This document shows, piece by piece, positions 26,331-40,036 of a DNA stretch of 64,000 nt (the first letter of the stretch is position 1; each line of letters opens with the position of its first letter). The position numbers were made by a program, and so were the translations under genes. The stretch is from Eledone cirrhosa (lineage: Eukaryota), in the NCBI GenBank assembly GCA_964016885.1, contig OZ024745.1:126108001-126172000 (forward strand), written 5' to 3'. The notes beneath the pieces are model-generated. The model did no database searches. It worked only from the letters and a program-made list of their open reading frames with translations, and was not told the origin of the DNA.

Positions 26331-26454
26331 AGTTCTTTAAATGTATCATCTGCAAAATCTATGTAAGCTATAACTTACTTCTCTTCAGAACTGAGGAAGT
26401 AAACGTTATGAAGATAGTTAAAAGTCTTGAAACAAAAGTGTTTGGCGTTTTCAC

Positions 26455-27410
26455 GCAGCTACTAAATTAATTTTGTGGAAGGGGAAAGTCGATTAAATCG
26501 GCCCCAGTGCGTAACTGGTACTTTATTTTATCGACCCAGTAAGGATGAAAGGCAAAGCTAACATCGGTGGGATTTGAACTCAGAACATAAAACGGCGTAA
26601 CTCTATGTTGCAGAGCATGTTGTCCGACGCTCTACCGATACTGCCAATCCACCGCCCTTATAGATTTAATACAATGAGAAATATAACTGCATGTGCATCA
26701 ATGAAACGGAACTCTGTATGGGAAAGAAGGAAATGCTTCATATTTTCCATATCTACAGTCAGTTCTTTTGTCCAGCAATTTTGTATAATGTTGCAATATT
26801 AAGGTATATACTTCCAATGCTTTCTCTCCTCACCCATGTTCTTGCATCTGGATTGGCATTATCGATAGAACATCGGATACCATACTTCGCGACATAGAGT
26901 TATGGCCCTTTACGTTCTGGGTTCAAATCCCGCAGTGGTTAGTTTTGCCTTTCATCCTTACGGAGTCGATAAAATAAAGTACCACTAATACACTGAGGTA
27001 ATTGTAGGCCTTGGGTCTAATGTAGAAATAATTATTGTGACTATGGGTAGAGCGTCAGGCACCATGCTTTGTAGCATAGACTCATGGCCCTTTACTTTCT
27101 GAGTTCAAATCTCGCCGAGGTTAACTTTGCCTTTCATCCTTACGGGGACGATAAAATAAAGTACCAGTAATGTACTGGGTAATTGCTGGCCTTGTGCCTA
27201 AAGTAGAAACAATTATTACTATATTGGCATTGGCAGTATCGGTTGAGGGTCGGACGCCATGCTTTCCAGCATAGTTACGTCCCTTTACAATCTGAGTTCA
27301 AATCCCGCCGAGGTTGACTTTGCCTTTCATCCTTACGGAGTCGATAAAATAAAGTACCAGTAATGTACTGGGTAATTGCTAGCCTTGTGCCAAAAGTAGA
27401 AACAATTATT
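26455..27410. mobile_element. SINE cluster: one minus copy, then three head-to-tail plus copies
   Basis: Copies at 26455-26657 (-), 26850-27035, 27045-27220 and 27225-27410 (+). Confidence 0.9.
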
Positions 27411-27602
27411 GTAAATGAAAAGCATGTCTATCGCTAAATATAATATTATTCCAGAGGCTATCTACCATAAATGACCATGTTTCACTTATATCATATCTAA
27501 GACCATATGAATTATTGATAGGAATGTTATATTTGCTTTAAAGTCATTTTCATACAATGCACTGTGAATATTTTGAACGATAGCGTGATTTTGCATATTT
27601 AA

Positions 27603-27870
27603 TTTAAGGATACTATGGGCGTAGGGTTCTAATGTCTCAGGAAAGAATCGCTGGACAGATTTTACGGGCAAAACCAATAGGTAGGAGACACAGGGGTAGA
27701 CACCGAGTAAGATGGTTGGATAACATCCATGAACTTGGCTGGTCACGCTTGGACATCGAGTCGGATTAGTTGGAGACGTTTGCTTCTGACAGGCCTCGCT
27801 AGAGGGAGTGTTTGAGGGTTCTACCCCAACGATCCTCCCAGGAATAAGTGCGCGAAGAAGAAGAAAAAGA
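27603..27870 (+). pseudogene. RTE-type LINE 3' end with (GAA)n tail
   Basis: RYYGRRVLMSQERIAGQILRAKPIGRRHRGRHRVRWLDNI...ASDRPR*RE followed by GAAGAAGAAG. Confidence 0.75.
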
Positions 27871-28169
27871 GGATACTGTTGTTTTGTGTGTGTGTGGTGG
27901 TGGGGTTATTTTCGAGAAGAAAGTAATTTCACTGTTGGAAAAACTAAAATCTCGTCCAAAAACCTGTAATTATATACTGCAAGCCTTGAAAATAGCCTGA
28001 TAACCGTTGCTACAGGAATACCTATGTTTGGTTGCTTGTGTTGATTTAAGGCCCATACCTCCTTGTCTAAGTGCAGTACCCTTGCCTTTATTTAATTCAG
28101 ACTACTGTTTGCTCGTTGATCATGGTAATCCTTTTAAATTATTTTTAAGGAAAATCTTTCTTTTTTTTA

Positions 28170-28566
28170 TTGTTTTGCAAGATTTCTTATCTTAAATCGT
28201 GTGTTGAAACAGATATTGTTATACTTTGGGAGGGTCATACTGCCAATAAAAACACACGCACCTATTGGTTTTCACTTCAATTTATTATACATTTCCGGTT
28301 GGTTGGTTCGATAACCGGATGGTTGTCTATATGTTGTGAAAGCTCTTTCGTCACATATTCTGTGACCTTCTCAGTGACAGGGTGACGAAAGAGCTTTGAC
28401 AATATATAAACAACCATCCGGTTGTCGAACCAACCAACCGGAAATGTATAATAAATTGAAGTGAAAACCACCAGATGCGTGTGTTTTTATTTGCAGCATG
28501 ACCCTCCTAAATATAACAATATCTCTTTTTTTACATACAAAACGTTCTTAATAAGAAAGTTGCATT
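28170..28566. mobile_element. Family A fold-back element
   Basis: Minus arm 28170-28381; plus arm starts in stem II at 28382 and runs to ~28524. Confidence 0.85.
28335..28379 (-). ncRNA. Family A hammerhead motif (mutated core)
   Basis: On minus: TGTCA-CTGAGAA-G-GTCAC-AGAATAT-GTGAC-GAAA-GAGC-TT-TCACA. Other copies have TGACA, which pairs with TGTCA. Confidence 0.55.
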
Positions 28567-28634
28567 ATATATATTTTTAGACATAATTATTTTATTATAA
28601 TTATTAATTATATATATAATTATTTTATTATTAA

Positions 28635-29018
28635 GGGCGATGGATAGGCACTATCAGTAGAGAGTCAGACGCCATGCTTTCTAGCATAGTTACGTCCCTT
28701 TACGATCTGAGTTCAAATCCCGCCGAGGTTAACTTTGCCTTTCATCCTTACAGGGTCGATAAAATAAAGTACCAGTAATGTACTGGGTAATTGCTGGCCT
28801 TGTGCCAAATGCAGAAACAATTATTAAGGGTGGTGGATTGGCAGTATAGGTAGAGAGTCGGACGCCATGCTTTCAAGCATAGTTACGTCTCTTTATGGTC
28901 TGAGTTCAAATCCCGCCGAGGTTAACTTTGCCTTTCATCCTTACGGGGGTCGATAAAATAAAGTACCAGTAATGTACTGGGTAATTGATGGTCTTGTGCC
29001 AAAAGTAGAAACAATTAT
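28635..29018 (+). mobile_element. Two head-to-tail Meta-domain SINEs
   Basis: Matches to the SINE consensus, joined through an ATTATT tail. Confidence 0.9.
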
Positions 29019-29044
29019 ATGTATTTTTATTTATTTTATTTATT

Positions 29045-29560
29045 TATTTATTTTTGGCTGCAAAAAATGTCATGCACTAAAAAAGGTCAAGATGTCTTTC
29101 CTAATGTTTCATTTTACTAAGAAAAATGGAAATATTCATGAAAGTCATGAGTTGAAGTTTGTACTGATGAGGTTCATTCCATAGTAGGCTGTATAAAAGG
29201 TTTTGTATTGCTCGTAAATCATCAGAATTCTTATGTTATCCAGACGTATTGCTTTCTAAACTGGGAGGTATCCCTTTCAAAACATTCGCAGCTAAATTTA
29301 AAGAAAAACATTAGATCAAGTTGTTAAAATGGTTACTTTTATTAAAAGCAGACATTTGAATACTTGATAATCTATATCGATATGGATTCATATAACACAG
29401 CCACTTCAGTTTATCTACATAAATTTAGTGGCTGTCAAGAGATAAAATATGTCTAATACATTAAACCATGAAAGAACTGCTTGCAGTTAAATAGAAGAAA
29501 AATAACGAACACATTTTTTGATATCTTCAATGCGGATTCCGAAGTCATTAATTAAGACTA
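29045..29560 (+). pseudogene. hAT/Charlie-type transposase remnant
   Basis: KKGQDVF, VCTDEVHSIVGCIKGFV, IQTYCFLNWE, LDQVVKMVTFIKSR and WLSR match the TDGA, HCxxHRE and RWLS motifs of Charlie/SPIN transposases; frameshifted. Confidence 0.8.
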
Positions 29561-29927
29561 ATTAAACTTTAATTAATATTATGTATGTATGGCTGGATGG
29601 CTGGTTATACATATGCAGTGAATTAGCATAGTTATTAGGACATTTTATATATATATATATATGTGTGTGTGCGTGTGTGTGTGTGTGTTTTACTCCAAAT
29701 TGATCTCTCCCATGCATCAACTATCTCTCCCCTTCCACCCCCACCCCCACCCCTCTATATATATATATATTTCGTTTCTGAATTTGTTTAGCAAGATTCT
29801 TTATATATATATACATATAAGCAGAAGGGATATTCAATTTGTTGGTAATTCAACAAATATAAAGGATAACTTGAACCATTAAGGTATATTCTCCTTGGTT
29901 ATGTCAAAATTTATAAAACACACTTCG

Positions 29928-29990
29928 TATTTTATCTGATGATAGTGTACCAACATTTTGGTACCCTTGAAATATATATATAATAGAATA
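29928..29990 (+). ncRNA. Family E hammerhead ribozyme
   Basis: TATTTTAT-CTGATGA-TAG-TGTACCAA-CATT-TTGGTAC-CCTT-GAAA-TATATATA-TA-ATAGAATA; (TA)n 52 nt after the predicted cut. Confidence 0.75.
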
Positions 29991-30029
29991 AATATGGTTT
30001 TATAAATATAGTTTCCATTTATTTAATAT

Positions 30030-30123
<94 letters not shown>

Positions 30124-30168
30124 CGTAAAATAAGAAAATTATAAAATTAACTTACTTACTAAAAAATC

Positions 30169-30251
30169 ACTTCCAACTAATTAGTTTCTGGAATGGAGTA
30201 AATATATTTTCCGAAGAAACTTATCGAAAATCATTCCGTCATCAGGAAAGT
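30169..30251 (-). ncRNA. Type I hammerhead ribozyme with 50-nt stem II
   Basis: On minus: ACTTTC-CTGATGA-C-GGAATG...CATTCC-A-GAAA-CTAATTAG-TT-GGAAGT; palindromic stem III; (TA)n 57 nt after the predicted cut. Confidence 0.7.
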
Positions 30252-30520
30252 CTTTTTCTGTATAGGTCTCCAGGCATAGCGAGGACTCTGGAAACTTATT
30301 AAAAAAATAATTCAGTGGAATGGAAATAGCGATGCGTGGACTGGATTCCAAGCCATTGAGAAAATCACTGCCTCTACGTCCGTGGCAAATTCAAAAAGAA
30401 TCAATCACGTGACATCGAGGTCAATCAGTGGAAAGCGAGTGGTTATTAAGACAGCGGCCAGCTTACTACCATAGTAGCAGTCATGGCCAAATATTGCTCG
30501 ACAAATGAATTGGAGATAAT

Positions 30521-30729
30521 TATAAGGAATTTATATCTAGTAACATTTATATACACACAGATGCATATCAATGCTAGCAAATATATAGGTTTTGTCTTAT
30601 TAACAATGTGGTTCGATGCATGGTTCTGCAACCCCATGCATCGAACCACATTGTTAATAAGACAAAACCTATATATTTGCTAGCATTGATATGCATTTGT
30701 GTGTATATAAATGTTACTAGATATAAATT

Positions 30730-30736
<7 letters not shown>
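30521..30736. repeat. Near-perfect 103-bp inverted repeat with 10-nt spacer, abutting (TA)n
   Basis: Arms 30521-30623 and 30634-30736, one mismatch seen. Confidence 0.95.
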
Positions 30737-30780
<44 letters not shown>

Positions 30781-30782
<2 letters not shown>

Positions 30783-30960
30783 GGAAAAAAGTATGACCCC
30801 GACGGCAGAGCTCAAGCCGTTTCGACGGCTATTTCTGGAAACGGCTTGAGCTCTGCCGTCGGGGTCATACTTTTTTCCTATTACCCACTCTACTACCCTA
30901 AGTATTGAGTACTCTGGTGCGTTATGGTCCATCTGGTTCCTTACCACATCTCCTTCGTTA
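30781..30960. mobile_element. Family B fold-back element between TA arrays
   Basis: Inverted arms meeting near 30838 at GAAA, then the conserved tail to (TA)n. Confidence 0.85.
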
Positions 30961-31416
30961 TATATATATATATATATATATATCTTTCATTTTCACCTTT
31001 ACTTTACCTCAATATTTTTTCTTCTCTGTCTGTTTTCTATTGCATATTACTCTTTGGTTCTACCGTCTCTTCTCATCCCTTCTCCCTACCACTACATCAC
31101 TCAGTTCCTCTCGCTTATTTCCTCCTCCATCACCACCTCCTCTGCTAGTACCACACTCCAACAACAGCTTCGGTCGCATTCTTAGTCCAAGAACTTGGCA
31201 TCCGCAACCTCAACTCAAGAAATGTATATTTCCCTTGCAACGAACAACCAGATAATTTTCCCAACTGTTCTTTCTCACACATTACTTCTAAACACAAACA
31301 GATGTGCTTAGTGGAACACACACATACACGCACAGGCACACATACACACACACACACATATATATATCTATATATTAATATATATATATACACATATATA
31401 TACACACACACACGCG

Positions 31417-31454
<38 letters not shown>

Positions 31455-31687
31455 CACACGCACACACACCACATAAATATGTATGCATATATAAATATAT
31501 ATATATTATGTGTGCATATTTCTTATTCTTTTCCTAGACTCAGTCATTAGACAACGATCATGCTGGAGCCTTGAACGGATTTAGTCGATCACATTGATAC
31601 CAGTCTTATTTGTTCTTGTCTAGTAGGTATTTATTTTACCAATCTCCTTTTATCGAACTTCTAATTTATGGGACAAAAACATACGCC

Positions 31688-32110
<423 letters not shown>

Positions 32111-32119
32111 TTATATGTT

Positions 32120-32285
32120 TTTCTATTTCTTAGGCGGGTAAAATTCCCGAGATCCATGAACGAGTTCTCTCCAGCGGTCTCTGTCCCTCATTATCGCTGC
32201 CATGTCCTGCGTTTCCAACAGACCAGTGTCTGTCCTTAGGGCATCAACATACGTTAACCTTGGTCTTCCTCTTCCAGTGTGTCCA
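32120..32285 (-). pseudogene. RTE-type LINE 3' end
   Basis: GHTGRGRPRLTYVDALRTDTGL...MRDRDRWRELV. Confidence 0.8.
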
Positions 32286-32575
32286 TATAATATATATATA
32301 ATATATATATATGTAATATATATATAATATATATTATATATATATTATATATATATTATATATATATTATATATATATATATATAAAATGAAAACACACA
32401 CACATAGAACAAACAACCACCCAGTAACATGTAAATAAACAAATAAATAATCAAATAAAAACACACGCAGACACCCGGATGTAACACATGCGCAAACTAA
32501 ACACACAACACACAAAAACAAAATGGCGTAGGACAGAACAAAGAAGAGGCACAAAACAAGGAAAAGAATTCCCAA

Positions 32576-32616
32576 TCACTGAAGAGGTCACAGAATGTGT
32601 GACGAAAGAACTTTGA
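32576..32616 (+). ncRNA. Family A hammerhead ribozyme (intact core)
   Basis: TCA-CTGAAGA-G-GTCAC-AGAATGT-GTGAC-GAAA-GAAC-TT-TGA. Element 32385-32760 lies between TA arrays. Confidence 0.65.
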
Positions 32617-32757
32617 CAATATATGAACAACCGCCCGGTTGTGGAACCAACCAACCAACCGGAATTTATAGATATTTTTTTTAATTTACAATAAATTGGA
32701 GTGAAAGCAATGGTGCGTGTGTTTCTTATTGGCAACATGACCCTCCCAAAGTATAAC

Positions 32758-32811
<54 letters not shown>

Positions 32812-32910
32812 CGAAGGAAATGTGGTAAGGAACCAGGTGGACCATAACGCACCAAGTCCAGAATTAGCCGTCGAAACGGCTTGAGCTCAGCAGTCGGGGT
32901 CTTACTGGTT

Positions 32911-32972
<62 letters not shown>

Positions 32973-35896
32973 CATACACAGATGAAACATACATGTAGAA
33001 ACACGCTAGCATATAAATACAAAATCACATGCACTTGCACGCACTTCTATCACATATATATAGAAACAGACATATATGAAATAACAATTGTTTCTAATAT
33101 AGACACACTGCCAGGGTAAGGAGGAGTATTCGATTATATCAAACCCAATATTTGATTGATACATTATTTTATCGATCTTGGAAGAATGAATAGCGAAATT
33201 GATTTGGTTAGATTTGAACTTTGAACAGAGCCAGCTCGATTCGCACACCGCGGGAGATTCTGTCTGGCGCTCTAACGATTCTACGAATTCATCGCCATCA
33301 GTCATTTCTTCCTTAAATACAAAACCACAATTGTTCGTGAGACGAATCGATTATGTCAACCCCGGTACTCGATTTGTACTTTATTTTATCACACACACCC
33401 CACACACCCCACCCCCGAAAATGCAAAGTAAAGTGAACCTCAGCAGGATTTGATCTTGCAACATAAAGATATCTATGGTCAAGTACGAAACTTGTAGAAA
33501 TTTGTAGAGAGAAAACAAATTTCTACAAATGTCATACTTGACGACCCAATATATAAACATTTGACCGATTTCCGCCCGTCACACAATGTGTGTTTGTATG
33601 AATGTATATGTGTAAAAGGAAGGAAGGAGATGGCGAAAAAAACTATAGAAAAACAGTGGCTGGGGTTCCATTTGCTATGCTGTGTGTGAGTGTGTGTGTA
33701 TGTGTGTGTTTGTGTGAATGTATATCTGTGAGTGTGTATTTTTGTAAGTGTGTCTGTGTTTGCGTGTTTATATTTATATGCTCACACAGAAATAACTAGG
33801 ATTATGTTGCCGGAACATGATTCCGAGACTCAATATCTTTGGACACTTGAGCGAACATGACAAAGCATCACCATAGTCGGTTTATAATGTGTCTACCCAG
33901 AGAGGATATTAAACAACTATATAAGGTCGGAAGTTACGAGACAATGAAACCCACCAGCCAATAAGGAACGCTTTCACAGCCCATGTAGTCTCAGCGGTGA
34001 GGGCTACAAGCAAATAAAGAACCTCTACACACCTAATAAGAAAAGTCTACACAGCCAAAGACGAAGCTTTACATAAACAATTAGAAATATCTACACAGCC
34101 AATGAAGCATGTTTACACAGATAAATCTTCCTCAAATCACATCTTGTCATCTTAAAATGGTAATTACATATTAAATAACCTACACAACAACAATATGAGC
34201 GTGTGTCTCACTCAGTCTCTCTATCTCATGATAGCCTGCACTATATATATATATATTTCTTGCAGAGGTCACCCTTGAGAATTTTCAAATGCTCTCATTT
34301 TAATTTTCTTAATTAGTTTACTATTTTCTTAATCAGTTTACTATGTTCAGCCCTACCCCATATAAACCATATCTCTTCGTCGTTTTAAGATATTTGCAGA
34401 TGTGAGTGAACTGATAGGGAGATATAATAAATCCCAAACATTTCCAGAATTAATATCATAGCTGACCAAACTCAATCACTCCCATCCTATATATTTTAAT
34501 TTCATATTTAGTCAATTGAAATTTTGTGACTTTTCTCCAATACGTTTGAAATTAATTTTCATTAATGCCTTCTGCTCTTATTTAAAAAAGTCTAAATTCT
34601 AAATTATATCATAATTTCAGAGGGTCATTAGACGGGTGCTTGTCTCGGATTCATTAGGGTTAAGGGACTGAGAGTACAAGATATCCGTTCCCCTGGACTG
34701 GAATCCAGGTCATCACGAGTTTACTGCCAATACTCATTTTCATTTGGGTAGACTGGAGCAACGTTAAATGAGGTGTTTTGCTCAAGAACCCAAAACTTTA
34801 ACCACTAGGCCCCGCGCCTTCTCCTTACGGATATAATTGTGATTAAAAACGATTAATGGTTCATCATCTTAAGCATGTGAGCTATTTATTTGACATACTG
34901 TAGTAATAATGTATTAATAATCATGATAGTAATGTTTGCATTTCCAAGTTGAAGTATCGGAAATGACGGGTGAAAATGTTGCGGAAATCCTTCTTAAAGA
35001 CACTCTGTCATACTATAAATATCTTCATTTGCATTATATGTTATACATCAATAACTCGATATGGTATGAACACATAGGAGATTCATGTCATTACGGCCAT
35101 CTCTTGTGCACCGCTAACGATTAAAGGGAGGTGTGAACATTGTAAATCATTCTTTTATCACTCTGATAAATTTGAGGGTTTGTAGCTATGTAGGAATTTC
35201 ATTTAATGCAATTCTCGTAATATATTGTGAGAGGTAAATGGCCGTTAATTGCTGATGGAATCGAGAAGGCATTTTCTTGACATAGTCAGGCATTTAAAAA
35301 CCTCGTGGAGCCCATCCCTCCTTCCCCCATACACATACTTCGGAACACAGCCGATATCTAGTACTGAACTCGTACTTTATTTATCGACCTCGAAATGATG
35401 GAAGGCAAAGATGACCTTTGATATAGATTTCAACACAGAACGGGATGTGCTGGAACATGTATCAATGTATCTTTTATTCGCCGGCTTCGTAATGTATTGA
35501 GACTTTACTCAAACTAGCAAGATGTTGTTTTAATAAACAAGAGATAAATTTATATATTATTGACGCTAAATTTAATTATATACATTATTACATAGAGACA
35601 TTATCACTATCTAAACATGTGGAATTCGTAGAAGACGGAGAGAGTACAAGACTTCCCCCTGGACAGAACGCCAGTCCATCACAGGGTTAAACCCCCAGCT
35701 ATTTCTGGTACTCATTTACAGCTGAGTATGCTGGAGAAATGTGAAGTGTTTTCCTCAAGAACACAACACACAAGACAACTCAGGAATCGAACCCACGGTA
35801 TTATGATCGTAAGTCCAACACCCCTACCACTAGGCCACGTGCCTCCATGCAATCTATATGAGTTTGGAACAAAAAAAAACATGAAAGAGACTATAT

Positions 35897-36009
<113 letters not shown>

Positions 36010-36572
36010 CATATATTCTAATGACAGATTAATTGCATAAGTTTATTTTTAAAACTACCCGGTTGTGTGCTTATTCGATTTGTGCTATCTATGCAATTTT
36101 TTTTTTTTTTTTTTTGCATGATATACACATACTGAATTCATTTGCCAAAATCTGGGGTTTTTTTCCCTTGTGAGTTACACATGTACTTTTACAAAGTTCT
36201 ACGTCATTCACAAAGTTGGTGCAGACCAAAATACCTGTTGATAACGTGATATTCCTTGTTCGGTCAGTATATTAAAAGCTTATAGTTTTAAGCAGACAGT
36301 ATTATTGATTTAGGTGTCATAGAAACCCTGCATTTGGATTTTACCATCAATTCCATTGGGTACAGGTCTGTGTTTATCATTTATTTTGTTTGACCTGTTT
36401 AGCTTGATTTGTTTTTTGGCTTAGGTGGTTTATGCCTTCTTGACCACTTTTTCAGTTTGTATGGCGTTTTAACATATTGTTTAGCTCTGGTTTTTTAACT
36501 ATTGGAGCGCTTGCCAGCATAACTACGATTTTGCGTTTCGTTTCGGTTTTTCTACCCGCCGAAATACGATAC

Positions 36573-36643
<71 letters not shown>

Positions 36644-37216
36644 GGTTGAAATTAGCAGAGAAATCAGTGAATATGTGATTACTATATTTTTGCTGCTAAT
36701 AACTACACAGTAAGTCTTTCTTAGATATAATAGAAAGCGACTCGGTGCTTAAATATTCCTTCTCTAACTAACACCCCCCCCCCCCTCACACACACACACA
36801 CACACACAGGGACCCTGAAAGAATCATACCAATGCCTTTCCACTTGACTTAGCAATGAAAGTTATTCTCGAAAAACTTTTTTTTTTCTAAATCTAAGTAA
36901 ATTTCCCAAAGTAAATATTTATTAAATCCAACGCGTATTTCTCTAGAAAAACATCAGCCCAAACAATAATAAATAAATATATAAATAAATAAACATATGA
37001 TCCGAGATTTTTCAAAATCCTTTCCTTTAAATCCATCGTCTTATTCGTTGTTGTTATTGTTTTTGCTCTTGTTTTTGTTGTTGTTGTTGTTGTTGTTGTT
37101 CCAAAATGACACACAAGATATTTTTCTGCTTAGATTTTTTCATTCCTTTGTTTAAGTTTTAAGTTTCAAGTTAGAATCGCTTCGGTTGCCAATATAATAC
37201 GTACATGTGTATATGA

Positions 37217-37274
<58 letters not shown>

Positions 37275-37710
37275 TACACGTCTCAATTCCTTTATCGTGT
37301 TAATCAGAGAGATCATGTCAATATAAAATAGAAAGAAAAAGAACCTATATGAAAGGAACAGTAGATGAGTGATTAGCGAACTAAAATATCTAACTCCCAA
37401 GTCGTCCGTAAGTTCGTGTTCAAGTATAGGTGTTGAGTTGTGTCGTTAAACAAGATACTTATTTTGCCAAGTGACCCTTTTTTGTAATATTTTATGTTTA
37501 CTTTAAGAAATTAATATTGTTATTATTGTTGTTTGCCACGAACGGATTGCTGCAATAGAATACTCGAAAGAATTGGATGTTTACCATGTTTTACCACGTT
37601 TATTTGAAATGTTTTCTTTTTTATAAGTTCATTTTTGCCAACAAATTACTTTAGAAAACTTGAATGCCTTGGTAGGTTATGGACTCAGAAAACAGAGAGA
37701 CGGAATAAAT

Positions 37711-38702
37711 AACGGTTTCTACTTTTGGCACAAGGCCAGCAATTACCCCAGTGCATTACTGGTACTTTATTTTATTTTTAAATCAATCCCAGTGCTTTAC
37801 TGGTGTTTTATTTATCGACACATGAATTCAGACCGTAAAGGACCATAACTCTATGCTGCAAAGCATGGTGTCTGACGCTCTACCGATACCACCCTCAGAG
37901 ACGAATAAATAACAGTTTCTATTTTAAACACAAAGCCAGCAGTTTGAGGTGAGAGGAAATTCAATTAAATTGAGGCCAGTACGTGAGTGGTACTTTATTT
38001 TATCGACTCCCGAACCGATAAAAAGCAAAGTTGATTCCAGCAAAATTTGAAATCAGAACTTAAAAAGTCTTAAATTTATGCTGCCAAAGGAACCGCAATA
38101 AAGAACGCAAACCACTTTGTCCGACGCTCTAACGATTCTGACAATCCAATATCACAACTATGATAATTGTTTCAACTTTTGGCACAAGGCTAGAAATTAG
38201 CCCATTGCATTACTGGTACTTTATTTTATCGACCCCGTAAGGATGAAAGGCAAAGTTAACCTCGGCTGGATTTGAACTCAGAATGGCAAGGGCCGTAACT
38301 CTATGCGTCAAAGTATGGTGTCCGACTGATTTCTACTTTAGGCACGAAGTGAGTAATTTGGGGTAAGTGGAAAGTTGCTTAAATCGACACAAGCTCTGAC
38401 CTGATACTTTATATTACTGATCCCGGACGGATGGGAGGTAAAGTTGCCTGCAGAGAGATTTGAACTCAGAACATAAAAAGGCAAAACTAATAATGGTTTC
38501 TGATTTAGGCACAGGGCCAGCAATTGAGGAGGGGGTGGGGAAAGTCTATTAAATCGATCCCAGTGCGTGACTGGTACTTTATTTTATCGACCCCGTTAGG
38601 ATGAAATCGGTGGGCTTTGAATTCAAAACGTAAAGGGACGTAACTTTATGATACAAAGCATCGCGTCCAGCGCTCTGCCAATATTGCCGATCCACCACCT
38701 TA
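37711..38702 (-). mobile_element. Array of five Meta-domain SINE copies in the same orientation
   Basis: Copies start near 37711, 37910, 38163, 38330 and 38495. Confidence 0.85.
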
Positions 38703-39627
38703 ATAATGATAATAAACATAATAATAAGCTCTTAGGTTTAAAAAAAATTCCTCTTTAAGCATTTCTTATGTATTTGCTACATATTGTTTTCAAATAATTA
38801 AATATGGCATTTTTCGCTGTGTAGGAAGAGAGCCTTGCCACAAGCAAAGTAGCAACAAATATTTTGGAAAACAGAAAAATGACAATAGCACAAACAGACA
38901 CATTTTTAAACACAGGCGTTTACAAGTAACGAAAGATCATGTTTTAATAAAGAAGCAAATAAGTAGACATGTTTTTCTTATGTTGCAAGCCAGATGCAAA
39001 TATTGGACATAAATCAGCTCCAAGAAACGTGTATACATATACATACACACACACACATATACACACACACATATATATATATATATATACATATCTTTCC
39101 GTTGTATTACCATCTATGTTTGTTTACATGTCTCGCTCGCTTCACCCTAATTTACGTGTCCCAATCACTTTTTTTTAGTTATTGCTCGCACCAACCTGAG
39201 GTATAGCCAGTCACTCTCTCTCTCAGCTGGCCTCTTCCTCACACTTTCACTCACTCACTCTCTGCTACTCCCCTCTCTCACTTACTCCCGTTTGACCTGC
39301 GTGAAATCCTTTTCTCGCTCACATCTCACCCAGGTCGGATGGTCTTTATCTCTCGTCTATGATTTCACAGAACTTAAGTTCATAGATATCACGGACTTAT
39401 CTCTCCTCTTCCTCTCTTTCCGTTGCATTACCATCTATGTTTGTTTACATGTCTCGCTCGCTTCACCCTATTTTACGTGTCCCAATAACTTTCTTTAGTT
39501 ATTGCTTGCACCAACCAGAAGTATATGATCTTTAAAGCGAAGAAATATCAATGAAGGTTGGAAGATCACTGATGAAGGATTAATTTTATTCATATATAAC
39601 CCATTTGCAACCACGCAGAACGCCATT

Positions 39628-39678
<51 letters not shown>

Positions 39679-39753
39679 AAATTAAATTAAGGATATCATG
39701 TCTGACATATATATATATAGTTGATATATATATATATATATCAGAGAGAGAGA

Positions 39754-39807
<54 letters not shown>

Positions 39808-40002
39808 GTGTGTGTGTGTGTGTGTGTGTATAGGTGTATTACAAAACATAATACCTCTTTGTAACATACCACTGTTTTTCAAATAAACCGGGCACGCTAC
39901 TATATGCCCATAAACGGGTAGTTAGAGAAATCTCTGGCCAATATGTGGTACAATTTTAGCCTGTCTTAATTGTATTACATTTTCACTCACCACATGTATA
40001 TT

Positions 40003-40036
40003 ATACTAGCAGAATGGCCCGGCGTTGCTCGGGATT
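40003..40036 (+). mobile_element. Helitron/Helentron-like terminal motif
   Basis: ATACTAGCAGAATGG followed by the hairpin CCCGGC-GTT-GCTCGGG. Confidence 0.45.
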
